The translations under genes were made by a program, and so were the position numbers. 64,000 bases of DNA from Spirochaetes bacterium GWB1_36_13. GTDB taxonomy: Bacteria; Spirochaetota; GWB1-36-13. Shown here piece after piece: positions 8,452 through 17,482 of this stretch; position 1 is the first letter of the stretch, and each line of letters begins with the position of its first letter. The stretch covers positions 4,182 to 68,181 of the forward strand of contig MIAO01000116.1 of NCBI GenBank assembly GCA_001829155.1. The letters are read 5' to 3'. Under the pieces are notes generated by a model that was given only the letters and a program-made list of their open reading frames with translations, had not been told where the DNA came from and ran no database searches.

Positions 8452-9360
8452 TTATCTATTTTGAAAAAAGGGTTCAATATGAACATCGATAAAGGAATCT
8501 TCCCCATATTGAGCCCTGATTTTTTTCTCGATCACGGTTGAAATATCATGGGCTTGCGCCACATTCAGTGTTTCTTCTACCCGGATATGAACATTGACCG
8601 CTATCTGGTTTCCGATTTTACGGGTACGGAGGTTATGAGGCTCGAAAACGCCGTCGGTTGACTGAATCAATTCTATGATTTTGCTTTCTGTTTCTTCATC
8701 CAGTGATTCTTCAAGGAGTTCTTTAAAACTCCCAAGGGCTATCTGAAAAGCTGTTTTTAAAATAAATATGCTGACAATCACAGAGGCAATCGGGTCTAAA
8801 ATCCTCCATTTCTCGCCGAGAAAAATAGCTCCTCCGATCCCCGCCATGGCGCCGATAGATGAAAAAGCATCCGAACGGTGGTGCCATGCGTTGGCGACAA
8901 CTGCCTGACTGTTGATTTCCTTCCCGATTTTAGCGGTATAGCGGTAAAGTCCTTCTTTGACAACGATTGAAAGAATTGCTGCCCCTAAGGCGACCCATCC
9001 CGGTTCTCCGATGATTTGACCTGAAAGAGAAAGATAAATGTTTTTTCCTCCGCTCCACAGGATGCCGACTCCTACGGCTAAAAGAGATGTGCCGATTAAT
9101 GCGGTGGCTAAAGTCTCAAATTTTCCGTGTCCATAGTCATGGTTTTTATCAATAGGTTTTCGGGTGATGGAAAAACTCACCAGAACAACGATATCGGTTA
9201 TAAAATCGGATAAAGAGTGAATCGCATCTGCGATCATAGCGCCGCTTCGTCCTAAAATTCCAGCCAGAAGTTTTAAAGCGGTTAAAATTAAATTATAAAT
9301 AAAGCCGACCCAGGTTGCTTTATTTGCTTTTTGAGCCCTGATATCATTGCATAAAAGCAT
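8452..9360 (-). CDS. Cation diffusion facilitator (CDF) family metal efflux transporter
   Basis: Six TM helices. HSLSDFITD and HHRSDAFSS (HxxxD) metal-site motifs. C-terminal cytoplasmic domain. Confidence 0.88.
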   Translation of the reverse strand: MLLCNDIRAQKANKATWVGFIYNLILTALKLLAGILGRSGAMIADAIHSLSDFITDIVVLVSFSITRKPIDKNHDYGHGKFETLATALIGTSLLAVGVGILWSGGKNIYLSLSGQIIGEPGWVALGAAILSIVVKEGLYRYTAKIGKEINSQAVVANAWHHRSDAFSSIGAMAGIGGAIFLGEKWRILDPIASVIVSIFILKTAFQIALGSFKELLEESLDEETESKIIELIQSTDGVFEPHNLRTRKIGNQIAVNVHIRVEETLNVAQAHDISTVIEKKIRAQYGEDSFIDVHIEPFFQNR

Positions 9361-9490
9361 GAAACCTTCCTGTTTATTGTTTTTGGAAGGGGGCTGTCAA
9401 AAAAACGGCTCTTCCTGATATAAAAAATAAAGAAAAATAACTTCAAGATCAAATCTTTGATTCATCAAACATTATTTGAGAGAGGCAGCA

Positions 9491-9558
9491 AGCGGAGCCG
9501 GTCACTTCGGCTCCGCTCAGTGAGTTTAAGTCTGGATCGTTCGATTTCACTTGGTGAC
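9491..9558 (+). repeat. Intergenic repeat family B, copy 1
   Basis: 10-bp stem agcggagccg / cggctccgct around the core CACTTCGGCTCCGCTCAGTG. Lies just 3' of the TonB-dependent receptor gene. Confidence 0.75.
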
Positions 9559-9572
9559 CAAAATAAAGCTAT

Positions 9573-11969
9573 TTAAAATTTTGCTTTGACTCCCAGAATA
9601 ATCATAAAAGGAAGTCCCTGTTCTTCTTTTCGGATTGTGTAAGTTTCATCATAAAAATACCTCATGATTTTTTTTGCACCAAAAAGATAAAACACATTCA
9701 TTGCCTGAACAAAAGAAGAGCAGTTGTCCCAGAAAAACGGCATGGTGAGTTTTACATCCATGTTTGCGTAAAAAGGCATTCTGTCTGAATTATAGCTTCC
9801 GTAAATCGGGCTGTAGAGTTTTCGGGTTTCAGTGTTAGCATCGTTGATATTTGTTCTGGCGCTGTAAACATTGCGCCCGTCCAAAGGCGTATAGGGAAGT
9901 CCTGTAAAAAGTTTGGTTGTGGTGGAAAGCTGCCATTTTTCATCAAAATTATAGTTTAAGATAATGTTTAAACTGTGTTGGCGATCATAGGCTGGCGCGT
10001 ACCATTGATTGAAAGGAAGCTCATAGTCCCCTTTCATCTGGCTGGGCGCTACAGTTGTGTTGTAATCGTCTTTACTGATCCGGTCGGTGATTTTTCTTCT
10101 GGTCACGACAAAAGTATAAGAGATCCAGCCGTCCCAGTTGCCGATAATTTTTTTCTGCAGAAAAAGTTCAGCTCCGTATGAATAACCGATTCCGCCGTTT
10201 TTAAAATTATCACGGTAATCTTCGGTTACTAAATCTTTGTATTGTTTACCAAAAAAATCAAGTCTGAAAAAATAATCCGGCGTGTCTTTCTCAAAGCTTA
10301 AGACCAGGTGATAAGCTTTTTGAGGATCGAGATTCGGGTTTCCGTATTTTTTATCATAATACCTTCCGTCTGAAATCTGCTGGCTGTAAATTCCGCCCGC
10401 AACCTTTGCGGTCAAAAGGTCGTCAAAAACGAGTTTGATTCCGATTCTTGGGTCGGCGGTAAATTTTTTATTGATGTTAAACCACTCAGTCCTAAAACCA
10501 AGATTGAGAAAGAAAAAGTCTTTTGCCAGTTCAATATCATCCTGCACATAAAAATTGCCGATAAAAAAAAGCTTTGAAGTGTAATCCTGTGAATATTCAT
10601 AATAAGGGATATCGGTTGCCAAAATCGGGATTTCGCCGGTCGTGATGGGAGCAAAGCCTGCCGGAATCCGGTTGATGACAATATCCATATCCATGGAAAG
10701 AACATAGGCATAGGCGCCGAGACCGAATTTGAGAATATGGCTGTCATTGGGTTTCCAGGTAAGATCGTTTTGATAGAGAGAGTAGTTGTATGAGGTCTTG
10801 AAATGAACGGGGTTGTACTGATCGACATACTTAAAATTCCCATTTTCAAGACTAAAGCCGAGCGTGTTTTCCATAATGAGTTTATCTGAAAAAGCAGAAG
10901 TCAGACTCACACCCTGCATGTATTTAAAATCTTTATAATGAAACTCATTTCCTGATTTCCACCCTTCTTGCGTTTCTCCGTCAGGGTCAGCGTCAAAGGT
11001 AAAATCCATTCCCTCATAAACTAAAAGAGAATAAACCCTCAAAATATTCACAGGGTCGAGCTGAAACTTAAAATGAAGGTGGGCGTCGTAAAAGAAAGGG
11101 AACTGAACCCCTTCATAATTTCCCTTGATTACGCCTGTTTCAGTCATGAGCTTAATCGCAAGGTCGTAATGGGTTCTTCGTACTCCGATCATATAGGAAT
11201 CGTCTGTCTTCCCTTTTTCGCCGATAGGACCTTCAATGATTCCTGTGAGAGTGGTCAGGGATAAATCTAAAAAACCTTTCGTTTCTTCAGTCGTTCCGTC
11301 TTTCATCTTTGCGTCGAGAATTCCGCTCATAGCGTTCCCGTACTGGGCTGGAAAAGCGCCGGAATAAAAATCGATGGTTTTGACCAGATCAGGATTGAAA
11401 ACGCTCATCATACCGCCCCAGACATAGGCATCCACCATCAAAAGGCGGTCGTAATAGTTCATAATTTCATAAGCATCTCCGCCCCGCACATACATCAAGG
11501 CAGACATTTCTCCCATGGTTACGACTCCGGGGAGGGTCTGAATCACTTTGACCGAGTCGCCGAAGAGATTGGCGGTTGATCGTTCTATATTTTTTTGATC
11601 CACCTGCTGGCGGGAAATAATCACTTTTTTCTCATCCCGTTTCCCTTTAACCGTGATTTTCTGCCCCTCTACTTTTGTGGCAAGCTCAAGTTCTGCATAG
11701 ACTTCTTCCAGATTGGATTTTATTTTAATAGAATTATATCCGCTTTTCATGATTTGGAGAAACATCCCATCCTGTTTTTCCGCGGTCAAAGAAAAGTTTC
11801 CATTGGCTATTGTGATCGTTTTTTCTCCGGTAGGAAAAAAAATAACCGTAACTCCTTCAATTCCGGTTTTAGTGGTTTTATCCACTACTTTACCGTAGAT
11901 TTCTATTTTTTCCGCAAAAAGCGGGCTTGTCAACAACAAAAGAAAGCTTATCAAAAAAAGCTTTTTCAT
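9573..11969 (-). CDS. TonB-dependent outer-membrane receptor with N-terminal carboxypeptidase-regulatory-like domain
   Basis: Signal peptide. IEIYGKVVDKTTKTGIEGVTV (CarbopepD_reg-like). Plug motif VKVIQTLPGVV. Long beta-barrel ending in the aromatic ...GVKAKF. Confidence 0.88.
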   Translation of the reverse strand: MKKLFLISFLLLLTSPLFAEKIEIYGKVVDKTTKTGIEGVTVIFFPTGEKTITIANGNFSLTAEKQDGMFLQIMKSGYNSIKIKSNLEEVYAELELATKVEGQKITVKGKRDEKKVIISRQQVDQKNIERSTANLFGDSVKVIQTLPGVVTMGEMSALMYVRGGDAYEIMNYYDRLLMVDAYVWGGMMSVFNPDLVKTIDFYSGAFPAQYGNAMSGILDAKMKDGTTEETKGFLDLSLTTLTGIIEGPIGEKGKTDDSYMIGVRRTHYDLAIKLMTETGVIKGNYEGVQFPFFYDAHLHFKFQLDPVNILRVYSLLVYEGMDFTFDADPDGETQEGWKSGNEFHYKDFKYMQGVSLTSAFSDKLIMENTLGFSLENGNFKYVDQYNPVHFKTSYNYSLYQNDLTWKPNDSHILKFGLGAYAYVLSMDMDIVINRIPAGFAPITTGEIPILATDIPYYEYSQDYTSKLFFIGNFYVQDDIELAKDFFFLNLGFRTEWFNINKKFTADPRIGIKLVFDDLLTAKVAGGIYSQQISDGRYYDKKYGNPNLDPQKAYHLVLSFEKDTPDYFFRLDFFGKQYKDLVTEDYRDNFKNGGIGYSYGAELFLQKKIIGNWDGWISYTFVVTRRKITDRISKDDYNTTVAPSQMKGDYELPFNQWYAPAYDRQHSLNIILNYNFDEKWQLSTTTKLFTGLPYTPLDGRNVYSARTNINDANTETRKLYSPIYGSYNSDRMPFYANMDVKLTMPFFWDNCSSFVQAMNVFYLFGAKKIMRYFYDETYTIRKEEQGLPFMIILGVKAKF

Positions 11970-11980
11970 TTTTTTACCTC

Positions 11981-12568
11981 TTAGTTCAATTTAAATTCAA
12001 ATGTAATTTTTTGTCTGACTGCTACGGGTTTTCCATTCATTTTAGCAGGGATAAAGGAAGAGGATTCCACTTTTCGGACAGCCGCTTCATCGCATCCAAA
12101 CCCGATTCCTTTTAAAACAATGACCTTTCTGACTCTCCCATCCTCGTCAATATAAACTTCCAGAACGACCGTTCCTTCAATACCCGCATTCCGGGCCAGA
12201 TCGGGGTATTCAGGCTGGAGAGAAACCAGTGATTTTGCGATTTCATCCACACGGACAAAAGGCATAAAATTGGGTTCCTGATTGACCGACTGCTGGGTTG
12301 TCGTGTTTTGTATTTCTTCAGTTTGGTTTTCTTCCTGCGTGTCGGTTGCTTCTTCGGCTGAAACTTCCTGAATCACTTTTTTTTCCACTCTTGGTTTGAC
12401 TTCTTTCATGCTTTCAACATAAGGAAGAATGGTCATCGGGATATAGTTTTTAGTGGAGGAGCTGCCGGTGCCGAATTGAAAATAAAAAAGGACAATCAGC
12501 TGAATAAGAGCGGATATTCCGATCGCAAGAGACAGAAGATGTTCTTTCCACCAGATTGATTTTTTCAT
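11981..12568 (-). CDS. tonB: TonB family energy-transducer protein
   Basis: N-terminal TM anchor, Glu/Thr/Gln-rich linker, and a TonB_C signature PEYPDLARNAGIEGTVVLEVYIDEDGRV. Confidence 0.85.
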   Translation of the reverse strand: MKKSIWWKEHLLSLAIGISALIQLIVLFYFQFGTGSSSTKNYIPMTILPYVESMKEVKPRVEKKVIQEVSAEEATDTQEENQTEEIQNTTTQQSVNQEPNFMPFVRVDEIAKSLVSLQPEYPDLARNAGIEGTVVLEVYIDEDGRVRKVIVLKGIGFGCDEAAVRKVESSSFIPAKMNGKPVAVRQKITFEFKLN

Positions 12569-12984
12569 GACGGATTCTCTTTTTTAAGTTTTTCACAGAT
12601 AAAAAGCACCCGGTAGCATTTTGCATCTTGTAAAGCTTTGACGGCTGCATCAATATATTGATACTCAGTAGTAATATCTCCATTAATCTCGACAAAAAGA
12701 TCAGGATAAATCAAAATTCTTTCGCTGAAAACAGTGGTGAGGGAATCAAGCGTAACATAATTTCCCTCAAAAAAATAGCTGCCGTTTTTATCCACAATCA
12801 GTTCGTATTTTTGAGCTTCTTTCGGTGTCGAGATTTCTTTTGCCTGCGGAGTCTGAATCTTAGGGCCCTGTTTCATGTTTAAAATACTGGAAAGCATTAA
12901 AAAAATGAGAAGCAGAAAAGCTATGTCCGACATGGAGGAGACAGGAATTACATTCTGTATAGAAGTTTTTCTTTTCACCTTCAT
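12565..12984 (-). CDS. exbD: ExbD/TolR family biopolymer transport protein (paralog 2)
   Basis: [16 protein letters not shown] motif. 4-nt overlaps with both neighbouring genes. Confidence 0.85.
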   Translation of the reverse strand: MKVKRKTSIQNVIPVSSMSDIAFLLLIFLMLSSILNMKQGPKIQTPQAKEISTPKEAQKYELIVDKNGSYFFEGNYVTLDSLTTVFSERILIYPDLFVEINGDITTEYQYIDAAVKALQDAKCYRVLFICEKLKKENPS

Positions 12985-13382
12985 TGGGATCCTCCCTCAA
13001 TTTTTTTCATGGAAAAATCAAGAATTTTCAGTTTGGCAAAAACATCCAAAACAAAAATAACTTCCTGATAAAGTGTTTTTTGGTCAATTTCAAGAACCAC
13101 GCTTTTTTTATCTTCTTTTTCCGTTTTAATTTCTTTAATCAGTTCTTTTTTATCTGTCTTCTTGTCTGAAACAAAAAAATCTTTTCCCACAATTTTTACT
13201 TTAAGAATATCATTGGAGGATTTTTTGATCGTTTTTTCGCTCTCAGGAGTTTTTATAATAAAACCTTCTTTGACGGTAAAAACAGCGATGACCATAAAAA
13301 AAACAATGAGAAGAAAAGCAATATCGCTCATGGCGGATGCTGGAGTTTCCGTCTCCTCTCTTTTTCTTCTGGCAATTTTCAT
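12981..13382 (-). CDS. exbD: ExbD/TolR family biopolymer transport protein (paralog 1)
   Basis: [17 protein letters not shown] motif. Size is 133 aa. Confidence 0.85.
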   Translation of the reverse strand: MKIARRKREETETPASAMSDIAFLLIVFFMVIAVFTVKEGFIIKTPESEKTIKKSSNDILKVKIVGKDFFVSDKKTDKKELIKEIKTEKEDKKSVVLEIDQKTLYQEVIFVLDVFAKLKILDFSMKKIEGGSQ

Positions 13383-13391
13383 AAAAAACTC

Positions 13392-14189
13392 CTATCGGCA
13401 GGCTGCCTCTATCATGTTATCAGCGGCTTCTTCTATCTGATTCACAAAACCATCTACTTTATGGACAAAAATATTATTGGCTCCTGTAGCAATAATCGCA
13501 ATAATCAATCCAAAAGCAGTCGTGATCAATGCTTCATAAATCCCGCCTGCAACCAGTCTTGCGGTGACATTGTCGGAAAGGGCAATAGTTTTAAAAGCTG
13601 TGATCATGCCCGATACGGTGCCTAGAAATCCTGTGAGAGGGGCAATATTTCCCATGGCTGAGAGGATGTTTAAGTTTTTCTCAAAATAAATAATTTTGAT
13701 GCCCGTAGCGCTTTCAATCGCTTTTTCACATTCTTTATTCCCTTTTTTCAAGGCTTCAATCCCTTTCATAAAAATATCATAAGCAGCCGATCGTTTGTTT
13801 TTATCCAATACCTGAATTGCTTTATCAAAATCTCTTTCTTTGAGATAGGGAAGAATTTCTCTTGCCAGTTTTTTAATGTTAAACCTCTGTCCGCTGTAGA
13901 TAATGAGTCTCTCCAGTAAAACAGCGATGACAATAATGGAAAAAACGAGAAGAGGCCACATAAAATGCCCTCCGAGATGGAAAAGGTCAAAAAGAGTGCT
14001 TTCAGAAGAAGATTTTTTTGGTTCTTCCTGAGAAGTAGTTTGGTCGGAAGAAGTTTGATTTTTTGTTTCTTCCTGTTTTACACTTGAGTCTGTTGATGTG
14101 GTTTTCTCCTGCCCCATAGTGGAATAGGCGGCAAAAAACAGCGTGCCGATCAGGATTAAAAGCGTTATTCTTGATTTAATTTTTTTCAT
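13392..14189 (-). CDS. exbB: MotA/TolQ/ExbB proton-channel protein with extended Ser/Thr/Glu-rich periplasmic N-terminus
   Basis: GNIAPLTGFLGTVSGMITAF signature. Three TM helices. Confidence 0.88.
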   Translation of the reverse strand: MKKIKSRITLLILIGTLFFAAYSTMGQEKTTSTDSSVKQEETKNQTSSDQTTSQEEPKKSSSESTLFDLFHLGGHFMWPLLVFSIIVIAVLLERLIIYSGQRFNIKKLAREILPYLKERDFDKAIQVLDKNKRSAAYDIFMKGIEALKKGNKECEKAIESATGIKIIYFEKNLNILSAMGNIAPLTGFLGTVSGMITAFKTIALSDNVTARLVAGGIYEALITTAFGLIIAIIATGANNIFVHKVDGFVNQIEEAADNMIEAACR

Positions 14190-14204
14190 AAAATCTCCTT
14201 TCTT

Positions 14205-14297
14205 TTAAAATTTAACTAAAATAAACAACTGCAACGCAGCTGAAATAATAAGTGAGAATGTCAGCAGATGCTGTTTGATGAAATTTTCTTTTTTCAT
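14205..14297 (-). CDS. Candidate 30-aa single-TM small protein leading the exbB operon (below the ORF-track cut-off)
   Basis: Own translation: MKKENFIKQHLLTFSLIISAALQLFILVKF. ggagga RBS 5 nt upstream. The stop lies 15 nt before the exbB ATG. Confidence 0.4.
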   Translation of the reverse strand: MKKENFIKQHLLTFSLIISAALQLFILVKF

Positions 14298-14495
14298 AGT
14301 GTCCTCCAGTTTTTTTACTCTGAATAATAAAACACCGACAGGTTTAAAAAGTGTTACTTTTCAGTTTAAAAATATACTGAAGATTCTCAATAAAGGCGAG
14401 TTCTAAAAATTAATTTTCCCGCCATTTCGAACAAAGTGAGAAATCTTAAAATATTGATATTGTAAAATATTTCTCTTCGCTCATCGAAATGAGAA

Positions 14496-14546
14496 GGTGT
14501 GCACACTTCGACTCCGCTCAGTGTCCGTTTGAGTCTGCTCAATGAC
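14496..14546 (+). repeat. Intergenic repeat family B, copy 2 (partial)
   Basis: ggtgtgcacacttcgactccgctcagtgtccgt...tgctcaatgac aligns with 58618-58668. Lies just 3' of rsgA. Confidence 0.65.
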
Positions 14547-14567
14547 AAAAATAAAATATTAAAGATT

Positions 14568-15650
14568 TTATCTCTCATCATCCCGGTTTCTTTTCTTCAT
14601 CTCCTTGATCAGTTTGGAAATTTTTTTCTCTTTCTGTCTTTTTTCGACAAAAGGATTTCTTGTCATCCGTTTTTCAAGATATTCCAGTTCTTTCTGCATT
14701 TTAAGGTAGTTTTCATATCTTTCATAAGAGAGTAAATCATTTTCAACAGCATTTAAAACAGCGCATTTTTTTTCATGAAGGTGGGAGCAGTCTGAAAAGT
14801 GACAGTCTTGAGAGAGCTGGTCGATATCTGCGAATGTCTCTGAAAAACCGTCTTCCGTGTCCCAAAGCTGAAGTTCTTTCATCCCGGGAGTGTCTAAAAG
14901 GACTCCTTTTGAGGGGAAAAGAAAAAGTTCCCTTCTGGTTGTGGTGTGCCGTCCCTTTGAATCGGTGTCTCTGATCTCTCCTGTTTTCTGGAGTTCTTTT
15001 CCAAGCAGGCGGTTAATGAGTGTTGATTTTCCCACGCCTGAAATTCCGACAAAAGCAGCAGTCTGCCCTTGAAAAACAAAACTTGAAATTTGATCCATTC
15101 CGTCTCCCCGGAAAGCGCTGACAGGAATAACGGGCGTATCCAAGGCGATCTTTTGGATTTCATCAATATATTCATGAAAATCTTCAATTAAATCAATTTT
15201 ATTGATAAGAATAACAGGTTTTACGCCGCCTTCCCGGCTCATCACAAGAAAGCGTTCTATCCGGTTCAAGCTTAAGTTTTCGTCCAGACTTTGGACGATA
15301 AATAAAATATCAATATTGGATGCGATAATCTGTTCGTCTGTTTTTTTACCGTTCACTTTTCGGGAGAATTTGGTTTTCCTTTCCAGAATTTGATGAATCA
15401 TCGCTTTTTTTTCATTTTCCAGATAAGAAAGCATGACCCAGTCGCCTACTTTCGGGTAGTCGGCATTTGAGTCGGAGCGGTAGATCAGTTTTCCTGAAAT
15501 CTCTGCCTTCAGTTCCCCTTTTTCTGTATAAACCGTACAGCTGTTTCTGTTCTGAACAGCTACTCTTCCTGGAATCCAGTCTGTGTTTTTTAAAGATTCG
15601 GTCTGTTTTTGAAAAAACGAATTCCAGCCTAATTCTTCTTTTTGGTACAT
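14568..15650 (-). CDS. rsgA: Ribosome small-subunit-dependent GTPase A
   Basis: Circularly permuted GTPase: NKIDL (G4) precedes GISGVGKST (G1) and DTPG (G3). C-terminal Zn knuckle CHFSDCSHLHEKKC. ATG at 15650 has a ggag RBS. The track start at 15722 is a TTG. Confidence 0.9.
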   Translation of the reverse strand: MYQKEELGWNSFFQKQTESLKNTDWIPGRVAVQNRNSCTVYTEKGELKAEISGKLIYRSDSNADYPKVGDWVMLSYLENEKKAMIHQILERKTKFSRKVNGKKTDEQIIASNIDILFIVQSLDENLSLNRIERFLVMSREGGVKPVILINKIDLIEDFHEYIDEIQKIALDTPVIPVSAFRGDGMDQISSFVFQGQTAAFVGISGVGKSTLINRLLGKELQKTGEIRDTDSKGRHTTTRRELFLFPSKGVLLDTPGMKELQLWDTEDGFSETFADIDQLSQDCHFSDCSHLHEKKCAVLNAVENDLLSYERYENYLKMQKELEYLEKRMTRNPFVEKRQKEKKISKLIKEMKKRNRDDER

Positions 15651-15718
15651 AAAGACTCCAGAGATAAGGATTTGTTTTGAGATGTTAGATTGTTTTTTAG
15701 AAAAATAAGAGGTTTCAT

Positions 15719-16159
15719 TCAACCGATCAGATATTTTTTCATAACAAGAATATTTTTACATACTTGAAAATCATAAAGAAACCTGAGCTCGTCCATGAAT
15801 TCCTGCATGAGGTAGAGTCCAAGTCCGCCTTCTTCCAGTTTGTCGAAAGAAAATTTCTTTTTTTCTACAATGACAGGGGGCGTGAATTTAGGACCGAAAT
15901 TTTCAATTTGAATGGCAATTTCATCGTGTTTTTTAAAAAGATGAAGGAAAATCACTTTTTCAGGATCTGAGCTGTAGGCATACATGATAATATTGGTGAC
16001 CGCTTCATCCACAGCCACACCCATTTTATAAGCCTGCTCTTCGCTGATAAAACGGGAAGAAAAATCCATAATCAATTCCGTAATCATTTCAATGTTGGCG
16101 GTATCCGCATTCATTTCAATAAAAATAGAATCAGAGCTTTTTTCTTCTACTTTAAACAT
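15719..16159 (-). CDS. Anti-sigma regulatory factor, RsbW/SpoIIAB-like serine kinase (HATPase_c)
   Basis: AVDEAVTNIIMYAY (N-box-like) and EEGGLGLYLMQEFMDE (G-box). Size is 146 aa. Confidence 0.75.
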   Translation of the reverse strand: MFKVEEKSSDSIFIEMNADTANIEMITELIMDFSSRFISEEQAYKMGVAVDEAVTNIIMYAYSSDPEKVIFLHLFKKHDEIAIQIENFGPKFTPPVIVEKKKFSFDKLEEGGLGLYLMQEFMDELRFLYDFQVCKNILVMKKYLIG

Positions 16160-16550
16160 GGTAAAAACCTGCTTCCGGGTTGATATAGGTTGCGCATGAT
16201 TTCTCGCTTTCCCAAATATCGACTTTATAGACAGTAATTATTGAGCTTTTTTTAGAAAGAGCGGTTTTCATTTCCTCAAAAATATAACAGGCAATGTTTT
16301 CCGCAGAGGGGTTAATTTTGTCAAAAGGCTTAATTTCGTTTAAAAATCCATGATCCAGATATTCCATCACGGTTTTTAAAGCAGCTTTCAGGTCTTTGAA
16401 ATCAATGAGCATTCCTGCATGCCCCAGTTCTTTGCCCATCACAGTCAGTTTTACAAGCCAGTTGTGCCCATGAAGGTTTTCGCATTTCCCTTTATATTCA
16501 CGAAGCTGGTGGGCAGAAGAAAAATGGTTTTCTACTGAAAGAAAATACAT
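16152..16550 (-). CDS. queD: 6-carboxy-5,6,7,8-tetrahydropterin synthase (PTPS family)
   Basis: SAHQL...CENLHGHNW zinc/catalytic motif. Size is 132 aa. 8-nt overlap (ATGTTTAA) with the downstream kinase gene. Confidence 0.88.
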   Translation of the reverse strand: MYFLSVENHFSSAHQLREYKGKCENLHGHNWLVKLTVMGKELGHAGMLIDFKDLKAALKTVMEYLDHGFLNEIKPFDKINPSAENIACYIFEEMKTALSKKSSIITVYKVDIWESEKSCATYINPEAGFYHV

Positions 16551-16650
16551 GGATGATGACTTCCTCTATATTGAATGAATAAAAAATAATAAATTAAATA
16601 AAAAAAGAAAAAAGAAATTCAATTCATTTTCTTATTTTTATTTAAAATTT

Positions 16651-17460
16651 TTAGAAAACTTTAAAATCAAAGCTGATGTTTAAAATAAAGCTTCTCGTGA
16701 CCCATCCGCTGACAGTCCTTTCTATTAAAGGAGAGGTCGCATCAGGTTCGTAAATTTTTGTCAATCCGACAGAATATTTTGTAAAAAAAGTAAAGAAAAT
16801 AGTATTTTCGTCGTCTAAAGGAAAGTATAAGCCGAGTTCAAAGTAGATGCCTTTGTCATCTTTTATTCCTGAATTAGAATAATCGTTTGATTGTAATGAT
16901 CTTTTTGTCATATTCATGACATCGAAAAGCATAAGCTGGGAATACCATCCTTCATTTCTGTCCATGCGGGTCAGGTTAATTTCCATTGTATCGGGCGCCT
17001 TGCTGTAAAAAACTCCGCCGCCTAAAAAGATTTTTCCTGTAAAAAGATATTCCTGTAAAGTAGAAATGCGTACCCCAAAAGCAAAAGTAGTATAGCTTGC
17101 TTTCAGCGTGTATTCCATATACTGCTGCCAGCCTTCGGCGCTGGTGCCGTTGTAGGCATAAGCTACTCTCATTCTTTTCAGTTCCTTGGAAAGCCCGAAG
17201 ACAAAAGAAAGATTTTCAAGATCATCAGGAAGAGGGGTGTAAAAAATATTCATTCCATAATTATGAGAATAAGCTGAATCGCTTCTGGGTTCTTTGTCAG
17301 CATAATAAGATCCAGCCTGAAGCCCAGGAAGGGCTTGATAAACACCGCCGCCCCATCCGATTCCGCCGTAGAAACCGAATCCGTTGCCTTTCGCGAAAAG
17401 ACCGGCAGATAATAAAAGTAAAACAGATATCAGTATAAATTTATGATAAATCAATTTCAT
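16651..17460 (-). CDS. Putative outer-membrane beta-barrel protein (hypothetical)
   Basis: Signal peptide MKLIYHKFILISVLLLLSAGLFA after an aaggagg RBS. Gly/Tyr-rich alternating strands. C-terminal ...FDFKVF. Confidence 0.6.
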   Translation of the reverse strand: MKLIYHKFILISVLLLLSAGLFAKGNGFGFYGGIGWGGGVYQALPGLQAGSYYADKEPRSDSAYSHNYGMNIFYTPLPDDLENLSFVFGLSKELKRMRVAYAYNGTSAEGWQQYMEYTLKASYTTFAFGVRISTLQEYLFTGKIFLGGGVFYSKAPDTMEINLTRMDRNEGWYSQLMLFDVMNMTKRSLQSNDYSNSGIKDDKGIYFELGLYFPLDDENTIFFTFFTKYSVGLTKIYEPDATSPLIERTVSGWVTRSFILNISFDFKVF

Positions 17461-17482
17461 AGTTTGCCTCCTTATGGTTTTT

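Noticed and set aside
16551-16650. Possible preQ1 riboswitch upstream of queD
   Set aside because: The leader is almost pure A/T, without the short hairpin and ACCC/CUA(A)GGA-type pseudoknot signature.
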